From an uncultured Collinsella sp. (GTDB lineage Bacteria; Actinomycetota; Coriobacteriia; Coriobacteriales; Coriobacteriaceae), in assembly GCA_900755685.1 (NCBI GenBank), contig CAAEHI010000052.1, positions 39,150 to 103,149 of the forward strand: a stretch of DNA of 64,000 nt, written 5' to 3'. Every line of letters starts with the position of its first letter. Position 1 is the first letter of the stretch. This document shows, one piece after another, positions 8,832 to 17,581 of the stretch. The notes below the pieces were generated by a model. That model was not told where the DNA came from and did not search any database. It worked only from the letters and a program-made list of their open reading frames with translations. Both the position numbers and the translations under genes were made by a program.

Positions 8832-8906
8832 GGGCGTTTAGCTCAGGGGGAGAGCGCTTCCCTGACACGGAAGAGGTCAGAAGTTCAAATCTTCTAACGC
8901 CCACCA
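8832..8906 (+). tRNA. tRNA-Val, anticodon GAC
   Basis: Acceptor gggcgtt/aacgccc, anticodon stem cttcc/ggaag with loop ctGACac, T-arm agaag-ttcaaat-cttct, encoded CCA. Begins 3 nt after tRNA-Gly. Confidence 0.9.
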
Positions 8907-8918
8907 AATGTTCGCAGC

Positions 8919-8950
8919 TCAGAGACTATGTCTCTGGGCTGTTTTGTTTT
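8919..8950 (+). terminator. Rho-independent terminator after tRNA-Val
   Basis: cagagac-tat-gtctctg followed by ggctgttttgtttt. Confidence 0.55.
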
Positions 8951-9256
8951 ATGTCGTCAAATGTGGCACCAGATATTGAACTCAAGATCCGCGTGCGATG
9001 ATCTTCGCATCCCGTAGGGGCACTGGCTGATTGCATACGTCCTGACCGCGCGTGACCGCAACATGTTGGTCAAGCGCAATCTTTTGGATTATTTTGGCGT
9101 GAGCGGCTTGGTTTTAGTAGGATTTGTCAGCGGCTTGACTAAGGGGGTTTTATAACTGCCATGCAGGTAGCCGTGTTGGTAACGTTTTACCGACTTGTCA
9201 AATACCCCTCATTTATAATGCGTCTGCAAAATGACTAATTGCTTTGACCTGCTGAA

Positions 9257-9272
9257 ACACTATATGTTGTGT
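9257..9272. promoter_or_regulatory. NrdR-box-like 16-bp palindrome upstream of nrdD
   Basis: acactatatgttgtgt matches the NrdR operator consensus (acaCwAtATaTwGtgt). It lies ~260 bp upstream of the nrdD start in an AT-rich non-coding region. A weaker second half-site lies ~31 bp downstream (acaggatatagatgca). Confidence 0.5.
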
Positions 9273-9529
9273 TTGACCTAAAAAAAGAATACAGGATATA
9301 GATGCATCTTTGTCGTATGATAGATGGCGGACAGAGAACGAAGACCTTAATTGCCTCTTTTGAACGTGTCCTTGAGCCGCTTGATCGGCTCCTGGGAATG
9401 TCCGCATAGAGGCTTATGGTTTATCGAGAACACAGATTGCGCGACGGCGCCGCAAGACAGGGGCAAGCCCTGCCGGGCATCGTTTGGCTCTGAAGCGCAA
9501 TGAGGCTACGACGCGAAAGAGGCAAGAGG

Positions 9530-11752
9530 ATGAAGATCATCAAGCGCAGCGGCACCGAGGTTGTCTTTGACATCGATAAGATTGTCAATGCCATCCGCGC
9601 CGCTAACTTGGAGGTCGAGGAGAGCTCTCGTCTAACCGACCGCCAGGTGGTTTATGCGGCGCAAAACGTCGCCGAGGCATGCGAGAACGCGGGCCACACC
9701 GTTTCGGTCGAGGAGATCCAGGATTTGGTCGAGGACGAGATCATGCGTCTCGACTGCTACGAGGTTGCCCGCCACTACATCATCTATCGCTATGTTCAGA
9801 GCCTGAAGCGCCAGAAGAACACGACCGATGACAAGATCCTGTCGCTGATCGAGTGCAATAACGAAGAGGTCAAGCAGGAGAACTCCAACAAGAACCCGAC
9901 CGTCAACTCCGTTCAGCGCGACTATATGGCTGGCGAGATTTCCAAGGACCTGACCCAGCGCGTGCTGCTGCCTCAGGAGATCGTGGATGCCCATAATGAG
10001 GGTCTGATCCATTTCCACGATTCGGATTACTTTGCCCAGCATATGCACAACTGCGATCTGGTGAACCTGGAGGACATGCTCCAGAACGGCACTGTTATTT
10101 CGGGCACGCTGATTGAGAAGCCGCACAGCTTCTCGACCGCCTGCAATATTGCGACGCAGATTATCGCCCAGGTTGCTTCCTCCCAGTACGGCGGCCAGTC
10201 CATCTCGCTGACCCATCTTGCCCCCTTTGTTGAGGTGAGCCGTCAAAAGATTCGTGGCGAGGTCGCCCGCGAGCTCGAGGAGCTCGGCGTTTCCGCATCT
10301 CCCGAAAAGGTTCGCGAGGTCGTTGAGGATCGCCTGCGTGACGAGATCCGTCGCGGCGTCCAGACGATTCAGTATCAGGTCGTGACCCTTATGACCACCA
10401 ATGGCCAGGCGCCGTTCGTGACGGTCTTTATGTATCTTAACGAGGCCCGTACGCCTCAGGAGAAGCACGACCTTGCCATGATCGTGGAGGAGACGCTTCG
10501 CCAGCGCTACGAGGGCGTTAAGAACGAGGCCGGCGTGTGGATTACCCCGGCATTCCCCAAGCTTATCTATGTACTCGAGGACGATAACGTTCACGAGGAT
10601 TCCCCGTACTTCTACCTGACCCAGCTGGCTGCCAAGTGCACCGCCAAGCGCATGGTGCCCGATTACATCTCCGAGAAGAAGATGCGCGAGCTCAAGCTGT
10701 CTAAGGGCGAGACCGCCGGCAACGGCGATTGCTACACCTGCATGGGTTGCCGCAGTTTCCTGACGCCCGACCGTTCGGGCAACGGTTTTAACAACGTTGC
10801 CAACGCGCTGAACTACGACCCGAACAAGCCCAAGTACTATGGTCGCTTTAACCAGGGCGTTGTGACCATCAACCTGCCTGATGTCGCACTGAGCTCGCAC
10901 CAGGATATGGACAAGTTCTGGAAGATCTTCGATGAGCGCCTTGAGCTGTGTCACCGTGCCCTGCTGTGCCGTCATGAGCGCCTGATGGGTACACTTTCTG
11001 ACGCCGCGCCGATTCTTTGGCAATACGGCGCCCTGGCGCGTCTGAAGAAGGGCGAGACGATCGACAAGCTGCTCGTGGGCGGATACTCTACGATCAGCCT
11101 GGGCTATGCCGGCCTGTATGAGTGCGTTAAGTACATGACGGGTCACAGCCACACCGAGAAGGAGGGCACGCCGTTTGCCATGGCCGTCATGCAGCACATG
11201 AACGACAAGTGCGCCGAGTGGAAGGCCGAAAGCGATATCGACTTCTCGCTGTACGGCACCCCGCTTGAGTCGACGACCTACAAGTTTGCCAAGTGCCTGC
11301 AGCGCCGTTTTGGCATTATCCCGGGCGTGACGGACAAGGGCTACATTACCAACAGCTATCACGTCCATGTGTCCGAGGAGATCGACGCATTCGACAAGCT
11401 CAAGTTCGAGGGTATGTTCCAGCAGCTTTCGCCGGGCGGTGCCATCTCCTACGTCGAGGTTCCCAACATGCAGGACAACCTCAAGGCTGTCATTCGCGTG
11501 ATGCAGTACATCTACGACAACATCATGTACGCCGAGCTCAACACCAAGAGCGACTACTGCCAGGTGTGCGGCTACGACGGTGAGATCAAGATTGTCGAGG
11601 ACGATGGCAAGCTGGTGTGGGAGTGCCCCAACTGCGGCAACCGCGACCAGGAGAAGATGAATGTCGCTCGTCGTACGTGCGGCTACATCGGTACCCAGTT
11701 CTGGAACCAGGGTCGAACCGAGGAGATCCGCGACCGCGTGCTGCATCTCTAA
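9530..11752 (+). CDS. nrdD: Anaerobic ribonucleoside-triphosphate reductase (class III RNR)
   Basis: RBS aagagg before the ATG at 9530 (MKIIKRSGTEVVFD…). ATP-cone N-terminus, C-terminal Zn-ribbon CPNCG, and the glycyl-radical motif region (RRTCGYIGT) at the C-terminus. Confidence 0.9.
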   Translation: MKIIKRSGTEVVFDIDKIVNAIRAANLEVEESSRLTDRQVVYAAQNVAEACENAGHTVSVEEIQDLVEDEIMRLDCYEVARHYIIYRYVQSLKRQKNTTDDKILSLIECNNEEVKQENSNKNPTVNSVQRDYMAGEISKDLTQRVLLPQEIVDAHNEGLIHFHDSDYFAQHMHNCDLVNLEDMLQNGTVISGTLIEKPHSFSTACNIATQIIAQVASSQYGGQSISLTHLAPFVEVSRQKIRGEVARELEELGVSASPEKVREVVEDRLRDEIRRGVQTIQYQVVTLMTTNGQAPFVTVFMYLNEARTPQEKHDLAMIVEETLRQRYEGVKNEAGVWITPAFPKLIYVLEDDNVHEDSPYFYLTQLAAKCTAKRMVPDYISEKKMRELKLSKGETAGNGDCYTCMGCRSFLTPDRSGNGFNNVANALNYDPNKPKYYGRFNQGVVTINLPDVALSSHQDMDKFWKIFDERLELCHRALLCRHERLMGTLSDAAPILWQYGALARLKKGETIDKLLVGGYSTISLGYAGLYECVKYMTGHSHTEKEGTPFAMAVMQHMNDKCAEWKAESDIDFSLYGTPLESTTYKFAKCLQRRFGIIPGVTDKGYITNSYHVHVSEEIDAFDKLKFEGMFQQLSPGGAISYVEVPNMQDNLKAVIRVMQYIYDNIMYAELNTKSDYCQVCGYDGEIKIVEDDGKLVWECPNCGNRDQEKMNVARRTCGYIGTQFWNQGRTEEIRDRVLHL

Positions 11753-11763
11753 TAACCATCCCA

Positions 11764-11900
11764 GGCTGCCCCGTAGCGAGGCCCCGGACCTTTACTCGCT
11801 ATTTCGGACAGTCCTGGCTCACGACGGAGGCGCCACTGGCGCCTCCTGTTCGTGCGGAACTCATATCGAGCAAAGGTCCGGGGCCTCGCTACGGGCAGCC
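11764..11900. repeat. 137-nt palindrome (29-bp arms, one bulge) with a nested perfect hairpin, immediately after nrdD
   Basis: ggctgccccgtagcgaggccccggaccttt…aaaggtccggggcctcgctacgggcagcc, enclosing ggaggcgcc-actg-gcgcctcc. Same nested architecture as the elements at 2396 and 2708 but unrelated sequence. Confidence 0.5.
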
Positions 11901-12078
11901 AAGTTGATGTAGCTGAGATGCGGCATGCGGTCTGCTCGCTCCTCGAAGTTCTTAGCGGAAATAATTTGAGCTGCAGCTGCGATTTACTTGCGATGGCGGT
12001 TGAGCTGCAGCTGAGTATTTATTGGACCTCGAACCCTATGCTCGATGTTCGCTTCGTTCATTGAGTTACCCTTTGCAT

Positions 12079-12162
12079 GAGGCCGGGACATATCGTCCCG
12101 CCCGCAGTTTCGCAGGCCGAAGGCCGAGAATGTTTGAGGACGGGAAGATATGTCCCGGCCTC
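12079..12162. promoter_or_regulatory. 84-nt hairpin (16-bp perfect arms) ending 3 nt before the nrdG Shine-Dalgarno
   Basis: gaggccgggacatatc…gatatgtcccggcctc. The right arm abuts cccgggaga (RBS) and the ATG at 12178. Confidence 0.45.
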
Positions 12163-12177
12163 CCGGGAGAGTTACTT

Positions 12178-12759
12178 ATGAACTACGCGAACATTAAGTA
12201 TTTCGATATTGCTGATGGTGAAGGCGTTCGTACTTCTCTGTTTGTGAGCGGGTGCCGTCGTGGGTGCAAGAATTGCTTTAACTCTGTCGCGTGGGACTTT
12301 GCTGCGGGCGAGCCGTTCGATCGCGCCGTCGAGGATAAGATTATCGAGAGTCTCGATCATCCCTTTATCGATGGCCTGACGATTCTGGGTGGCGAGCCTA
12401 TGGAGCCCGAGAATCAGGCGGGGCTTGTTGACTTTATCGAGCGCGTGCGTGCGGCCTATCCTGCTGGGTCGGGCAAGACCATTTGGTGCTTTACCGGTGA
12501 CGTGCTCGAGGAGCTTATGCTGGGTGGCCGTCATCATACCGAGGTGACGGACCGTATCCTGGCCTGCCTCGACATGTTGGTGGACGGCCCGTTCGTTCAG
12601 GATCTGTACGATATCTCGTTGCGCTTTAGGGGCTCGAGCAATCAGCGCGTGATCGACATGAACGCCACGCGCACTCGTGCTGCACGTGAGGGCGTTGCGC
12701 TTTGCGATGCTGTGGAGCTTTGGCGGGACGATCCGGTCTATTCGACCCATACTATGTAG
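12178..12759 (+). CDS. nrdG: Anaerobic ribonucleotide reductase activating protein (radical SAM)
   Basis: MNYANIKYFDIADGEGVRTSLFVSGCRRGCKNCFN. The three cysteines form a CxxxCxxC-like NrdG cluster motif. RBS gggaga. Confidence 0.85.
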   Translation: MNYANIKYFDIADGEGVRTSLFVSGCRRGCKNCFNSVAWDFAAGEPFDRAVEDKIIESLDHPFIDGLTILGGEPMEPENQAGLVDFIERVRAAYPAGSGKTIWCFTGDVLEELMLGGRHHTEVTDRILACLDMLVDGPFVQDLYDISLRFRGSSNQRVIDMNATRTRAAREGVALCDAVELWRDDPVYSTHTM

Positions 12760-12826
12760 CTGGCAGAGGTTGCGTGCCGGCGTGGTACCATAGCGCGAAC
12801 GCGAAATCGAAAAAAGTGAGGCCCAG

Positions 12827-13384
12827 ATGGTCGATCAGGAAAAAGTCGAGACTGCCATTAAGCTGCTGCTTGAAGGTATAGGCGAGGACCCAACTCGTGA
12901 GGGCCTGCTGGAGACTCCGGCACGCGTCGCCCGTATGTATGGCGAGATTGCCGGCGGTATGGACCAGAGTGCCGAGGAGCACCTGTCCAAAACTTTTGCC
13001 GTCGCTTCGAACGATTTGGTTATCGAGCGCGACATTACGTTCTACTCGCTGTGCGAGCATCATCTGCTGCCGTTTTATGGTAAGGCTGCGATCGGCTATA
13101 TCCCTAACGGTCGCGTGGCAGGTCTGTCTAAGCTTGCCCGCACGGTTGAGGTCTATGCCCGTCGTCTGCAGCTGCAGGAGCAGCTGTGTGCGCAGGTTGC
13201 CGATGCCCTCATGGAATATCTTGCTCCCCAAGGGGCGATTGTGCTGATGGAAGCCGAGCACATGTGCATGACCATGCGCGGCGTGCAAAAGCCCGGCACC
13301 AAGACCGTGACGCTCGCTCGTCGCGGCGTCTTTGAGACCGATCCCGCGCTCGAGGAGCGGTTCTTTAGGATGCTGGGCCGTTAG
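12827..13384 (+). CDS. folE: GTP cyclohydrolase I
   Basis: 185 aa. Active-site region [33 protein letters not shown] and conserved C-terminus. Confidence 0.9.
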   Translation: MVDQEKVETAIKLLLEGIGEDPTREGLLETPARVARMYGEIAGGMDQSAEEHLSKTFAVASNDLVIERDITFYSLCEHHLLPFYGKAAIGYIPNGRVAGLSKLARTVEVYARRLQLQEQLCAQVADALMEYLAPQGAIVLMEAEHMCMTMRGVQKPGTKTVTLARRGVFETDPALEERFFRMLGR

Positions 13385-13385
13385 C

Positions 13386-13967
13386 ATGAGGGTCGTCAAC
13401 GACTTTACATCGAAGACCGATGAGGGGACGTCGCGTCGCGGTTTTATGGCTTCGGGCCTGGCGCCTTTTGGCGTCATGCCTCGTATCGATTACATCTGTG
13501 CCAATGGCCTGTTCCGGCGGCACCTGGGCAACATTGCACAGTTGGAATCGGGGCGCATCTTTTGCCGCCACGGTATTGACCATCTGCTGGATGTCGCGCG
13601 CATTATGTGGATTAAGAATCTCGAGGAACAGCTCGAATTTGACCGCGAGGTCATCTACGCCACGGCACTTCTTCACGATATCGGCAAAGATGAACAGTAT
13701 GAATCGGGTATATCCCATGATGTTGCAAGCGAACGCGTCGCTGATGCGATTCTCGGCGGCATGCCCGATGACGTGGCGTTTGAGCCGGCCGATGCCGCAG
13801 CCATTAAGACGGCCATTCTGGGCCATCGAAAGCTGCGCGTGAACAGCCAACCGCTTGAGCGTCTGCTCTATGCAGCCGACAAAGCGTCGCGCGCCTGCTT
13901 TGCATGCCCCGCGCGCAATGCTTGCAACTGGAGCGATGATAAAAAGAACCTGTCGATTCGCGTGTAG
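13386..13967 (+). CDS. HD-domain metal-dependent phosphohydrolase
   Basis: The ATG sits 1 nt after the folE stop. HD signature …ALLHDIGK… plus a downstream His. Terminal CxxC…C motif (CFACPARNACNW). Confidence 0.7.
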   Translation: MRVVNDFTSKTDEGTSRRGFMASGLAPFGVMPRIDYICANGLFRRHLGNIAQLESGRIFCRHGIDHLLDVARIMWIKNLEEQLEFDREVIYATALLHDIGKDEQYESGISHDVASERVADAILGGMPDDVAFEPADAAAIKTAILGHRKLRVNSQPLERLLYAADKASRACFACPARNACNWSDDKKNLSIRV

Positions 13968-14010
13968 TTAGTTTACGCGGTCGGGGTTCTAAACGAAGGA
14001 GACGATCGCG

Positions 14011-14496
14011 ATGAGCAACAAGAAACTGCCCGAGAATGCAACCAAGACTGAAGGCGCCGAGCTCGCCCGCCGTGGAAGGGGCGAAATATCCACCGCAACG
14101 GCGGTGCCCCACGTGAACTATGACGATCTGCGCCATGCCGACCGCATCACCGTTGAAGGTCTTGAGGTTTTTGCTAACCACGGCGTGTATCCCGAAGAGA
14201 ACGCGCTGGGCCAGAAATTCATCGTGTCCTTGGTACTCTATGCTGACCTGCGTGCAGCGGGAGAGCACGATAACTTGGACGCCTCGATTGACTACGGCTC
14301 GGTGTGCCACGATGTCGATGGCTATCTGCGCGAGCATACGTTTAAGCTCATCGAGGCGGCAGCTGAAGGTACGGCCCAGATGCTGCTGCGCCGTTATCCC
14401 TCGCTGCTTGGTGTGCGCATCAAGCTCGATAAGCCGTGGGCGCCTGTTGGCCTGCCCTTGGCAAGCTGTGGCGTCGAGATCGAGCGTGTGCGCTAA
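14011..14496 (+). CDS. folB: Dihydroneopterin aldolase with ~35-aa N-terminal extension
   Basis: RBS aaggaga. FolB core ITVEGLEVFANHGVYPEENALGQKFIVSLVLYADL…IDYGSVCHDV. Confidence 0.8.
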   Translation: MSNKKLPENATKTEGAELARRGRGEISTATAVPHVNYDDLRHADRITVEGLEVFANHGVYPEENALGQKFIVSLVLYADLRAAGEHDNLDASIDYGSVCHDVDGYLREHTFKLIEAAAEGTAQMLLRRYPSLLGVRIKLDKPWAPVGLPLASCGVEIERVR

Positions 14497-14502
14497 CCGG
14501 TT

Positions 14503-15342
14503 CTAATACGTCTCTATGGGTGGCTGCTTGAGCCGCTGCGACAGAGCCCTGTTGTTGGGGCAGTACGTGTCGAGCAGCGCGTGAAACCGATGATTGTGGC
14601 TCGGCTCGAGCAGGTGGACGAGCTCGTGGGCGACAACCATGTCAAGGCACTCGACGGGGTAGGCGGCAAGTTCTCGTGCGATGCGAATGGCGCCGGTTTT
14701 GGGCGTGCATGATCCCCAGCGCGTTTTCATGCTGCGCACGGAAACGCGGGAAACGGCGACACCCATTGCGATTTCGTATGCGTGCACCATATCACGCAGC
14801 GCCGATGTGACTTCGGACGTATAGAGCTGGTCAATATGGGCTTGGATCTCACTGGGCGTTAAGCCGTCGAGGGTCGCGTTCCACTTGGCCTGCGGACGTT
14901 CGTCTGGCTCGTCGGCACCCATAAAACTTGCGAAGGTGGCCTGCTTGGGCCGCGGTGCGGGTGATGCAAAGTTGTGATCGAGTGCGTCCTGTACCGTGAT
15001 GGGCTTGCCCCAAAGCGCAATGATGGACGAGGGGCTGAGCGGCTCTCGTGCCGTCGCCTGACGTTGCTCGCGCTGGGCAAGCCGGCTGATAATCCAGGCG
15101 CTGTTGCGCTTCACAAACGCTTCGATGCGCTCGCGACTGGCGCCGAGCGGTGCGCTGGCGTGGACCTCACCGCTCGATGTGACGCGTAGGTTGAAGTTCT
15201 TGACGCGCTTTTTGGTAACGACGACGGGGATGGGCGTCCCATCCGGTCGGGATACGGAAATCGTAAACTGCTGCGTCAAAAGCGGTCCTTCAGATTGGGG
15301 ACGGGCCGGCATGTCAACCGTTCGGCATGCCGACCTGCTCAA
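14503..15342 (-). CDS. DUF45/YgjP-like metal-dependent hydrolase (SprT/WLM-like HExxH)
   Basis: 279 aa. C-terminal HELVHLLEPSHNHRFHALLDTYCP zincin-like motif. Confidence 0.6.
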   Translation of the reverse strand: MSRSACRTVDMPARPQSEGPLLTQQFTISVSRPDGTPIPVVVTKKRVKNFNLRVTSSGEVHASAPLGASRERIEAFVKRNSAWIISRLAQREQRQATAREPLSPSSIIALWGKPITVQDALDHNFASPAPRPKQATFASFMGADEPDERPQAKWNATLDGLTPSEIQAHIDQLYTSEVTSALRDMVHAYEIAMGVAVSRVSVRSMKTRWGSCTPKTGAIRIARELAAYPVECLDMVVAHELVHLLEPSHNHRFHALLDTYCPNNRALSQRLKQPPIETY

Positions 15343-15353
15343 GGGATGTGAAA

Positions 15354-16367
15354 TTAATAACGCTCAAAGAAGGCAAGCGCGTTGTCGCTGCAGAGCTTTT
15401 GCATCACGGTCTTGCCAAAATGCTTGGAAAGCATGTTCTGGAACTCGGGCATCTTGCTGGCATCGGAGAGGAAAGCGGGCACCGTGGCACCGTCCCAGTC
15501 GCCGCCGAGTGCGATGACGTCCTCGCCGCCCAGGTCGAGCCAGTGCTCGATATGTGCCGCTAGCTGGTCGAAGGTGACGTCTGCGGCGGTCTTGTCGGTT
15601 GCGTCGTTGGAAAGGAACTCGCTGCAGTAGTTGAGGCCGACGATACCGCCCATGTCGCGAATGGTGCGGAACTGGTCGTCGGTAAGGTTGCGTTTGACGC
15701 CGCAAACCGCACGGGAGTTGGAGTGGCTGGCGACGAAGGGACGCGTGGCGTGGGCGACAACCTCGTCAAAGCACTCATCGTTGAGGTGGGAGACGTCGAG
15801 TACCATGCCGGCGTGCTCCATCTGCGTAAGTGCCTCGATGCCGGCGCCGGTGAGGCCGGCGTGGGTGTCGTGGCCGCTCGCGAGCGGCCCCTGCGCATTC
15901 CAGCTGAGTGACGACATAAGCACGCCCAAGCTCTTGAGCACTTCGATCAGCGCGGGGTCCTCGGCAAAGAACGTGGCGTTTTCGATGGTGTGGATGCAAG
16001 CGACCTTGCCGTCCTTGAGCGCGGGGCGAATGTCTGCGGCGCTGCGCACGTTGACCATACGGTCGTGGTTGAGCATTGCCTGGCCGCTCATATGCGCCAT
16101 GATCTGCGCCTGGAAGCGCGCGGCGTGGGCGGTGGGAATCTCGTCGGGGACAAACGTGGCGAAGCACTGTGCCCACGGCGTGTTGCCGATCTTTGCGAGC
16201 GAGATGGCACAGGCGTTACCCTCGATGAGGTCGAAATCTTGCGGATGCGTTTCGTCGCCGGGGAAATAGCCGTCGGTGCCGGCGGTAAAGCGCAGGTCGA
16301 GATCGAGCGTGGCCCAGCCGATGCGGTCGGCGGTGTCGCAGTGTAGGTCAAATACGGGATATGCCAT
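15354..16367 (-). CDS. Membrane dipeptidase (peptidase M19 family)
   Basis: MAYPVFDLHCDTADRIGW… is a typical M19 N-terminus. RBS ggagg before that ATG. The six-frame ORF extends 10 codons further upstream. Confidence 0.8.
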   Translation of the reverse strand: MAYPVFDLHCDTADRIGWATLDLDLRFTAGTDGYFPGDETHPQDFDLIEGNACAISLAKIGNTPWAQCFATFVPDEIPTAHAARFQAQIMAHMSGQAMLNHDRMVNVRSAADIRPALKDGKVACIHTIENATFFAEDPALIEVLKSLGVLMSSLSWNAQGPLASGHDTHAGLTGAGIEALTQMEHAGMVLDVSHLNDECFDEVVAHATRPFVASHSNSRAVCGVKRNLTDDQFRTIRDMGGIVGLNYCSEFLSNDATDKTAADVTFDQLAAHIEHWLDLGGEDVIALGGDWDGATVPAFLSDASKMPEFQNMLSKHFGKTVMQKLCSDNALAFFERY

Positions 16368-16487
16368 GGTTCCTCCGGTTGCAGCGTTTCTTTGCAAACT
16401 GTCATTGAATTGTATGACTAGGGTATAGTTAGCGCCATATGTTCACGGCGGCCCGCGTTGTGCGCCGCCCTTATCACGGAGGTTACC

Positions 16488-16916
16488 ATGTCCAACCAGG
16501 GCAAGAAGGTCAAGACCCATTATCGCGGCACGCTCGACGACGGCACGCAGTTCGATAGCTCCTACGATCGCGGTGAGCCGCTGGAGTTCACCTGCGGCGC
16601 CGGCCAGATGATCAAGGGCTTCGACGCCGCTGTTGTCGACATGCAGGTGGGTGAGAAGAAGACCGTGCACATTCCTGCTGCCGATGCCTACGGCGAGCAC
16701 AATCCCGAGATGGTTCTGACCTTCCCGGCCGAACAGGTTCCCAACATCGAGCAGATTGAGAAGGGCATGAAGCTCTTCTTGTCCACGCCGAGCGGTATGC
16801 CCGTCCCCGCCGTGGTCATCGATGTAACGCCCGAGGCCGTGACGCTCGACGCCAACCACGAGCTGGCCGGTAAGGACCTCAACTTTGATATCGAGCTCGT
16901 CGAGGTCGAGGGTTAG
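16488..16916 (+). CDS. FKBP-type peptidyl-prolyl cis-trans isomerase (SlyD/FkpB-like)
   Basis: RBS ggagg before the ATG at 16488. FKBP domain (HYRGTLDDGTQFDSSYDRGEPLEFTCGAGQMIKGFD) with an inserted IF-like flap and no His-rich tail. Confidence 0.8.
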   Translation: MSNQGKKVKTHYRGTLDDGTQFDSSYDRGEPLEFTCGAGQMIKGFDAAVVDMQVGEKKTVHIPAADAYGEHNPEMVLTFPAEQVPNIEQIEKGMKLFLSTPSGMPVPAVVIDVTPEAVTLDANHELAGKDLNFDIELVEVEG

Positions 16917-16919
16917 AGT

Positions 16920-17498
16920 ATGCCTGAACGCTTGGTTTCGACGACATGCTTGGGAAATCTCAACGATCCGTCCTATGAACTCCTGCTTCGCCGGAAGTTG
17001 GGCGGCGTCTTTGAAGTTGACGATCTGCTGCTCGATTGGGACCAGGCTGATGTATACGCGTTTGTGGGCGTGACGGAGCTGGGGCGCACGGTCGATGTTC
17101 GGCTGGATACTGCCGACGGCGGTCGTCTTGCCGACGGCGACGTGCTCGCCATTGACCGTTCGGGCATGGTGCCCGTGGCGGTTGTCGTGCGCTTGCGCAG
17201 CGCCGAGGTTTATTTGGTCGAAGTTGACCGCATGGACCCGATTGCGCTCGCGCATTCGTGCTGGGAGATCGGCAACATGCATGCGCCGCTCTTCCGGGGC
17301 GACTCGGACGAGCATACTGTGCGCATGTATACGCCGGTGCAGCCTGTTTTGGGCCGCATGCTCCGGGGTGTCGAGGGTGTTCGGCTCTCGCTGGTTACCC
17401 GTGAACTCGATGCGGACCGGCGCTTTGCGTCGAGTGCGGCGGAGGTCGTCGTGAGCATGGCTCCCGACTTTACCATCGTAAAAAAGGCGCGCGGCTAA
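16920..17498 (+). CDS. UreE-like metallochaperone-domain protein (no urease genes nearby)
   Basis: Starts 3 nt after the FKBP stop. …GDVLAIDRSGMVPVAVVV…DPIALAHSCWEIGNMHAPLF… parallels the UreE C-domain (…GDVL…ACYHLGNRHVPL…) including the conserved GN-H motif. Confidence 0.5.
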   Translation: MPERLVSTTCLGNLNDPSYELLLRRKLGGVFEVDDLLLDWDQADVYAFVGVTELGRTVDVRLDTADGGRLADGDVLAIDRSGMVPVAVVVRLRSAEVYLVEVDRMDPIALAHSCWEIGNMHAPLFRGDSDEHTVRMYTPVQPVLGRMLRGVEGVRLSLVTRELDADRRFASSAAEVVVSMAPDFTIVKKARG

Positions 17499-17581
17499 GC
17501 GCGCGTATGCGCAAGACGGGCTTTGAGGGGCGACCGATCAAGGTCCGTCTTGCTGTTGATATGAGGCTTTGGGGGAAGCAT

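Noticed and set aside
9632-11746. 704-aa ORF on the minus strand opposite nrdD. Similar long antisense ORFs lie opposite pgi (37672-39423), ettA (58703-60736), the YfcC transporter/amidohydrolase (45928-47418), and OppD (338-1267).
   Set aside because: High-GC antisense read-through artefacts. The translations are low-complexity (R/A/G/L/V-rich) with no motifs, while the sense strand encodes unambiguous, motif-rich proteins.
12022-12177. 52-codon upstream extension of nrdG; likewise extensions of the secreted protein at 23573, the AKR at 26147 and the hypothetical at 42598.
   Set aside because: The extensions overlap the structured spacer or terminators and lack a Shine-Dalgarno. Internal ATG/GTG codons with good RBSs give N-termini matching the known families (MNYANIKYFD… for NrdG, a signal peptide for 23879, and so on).
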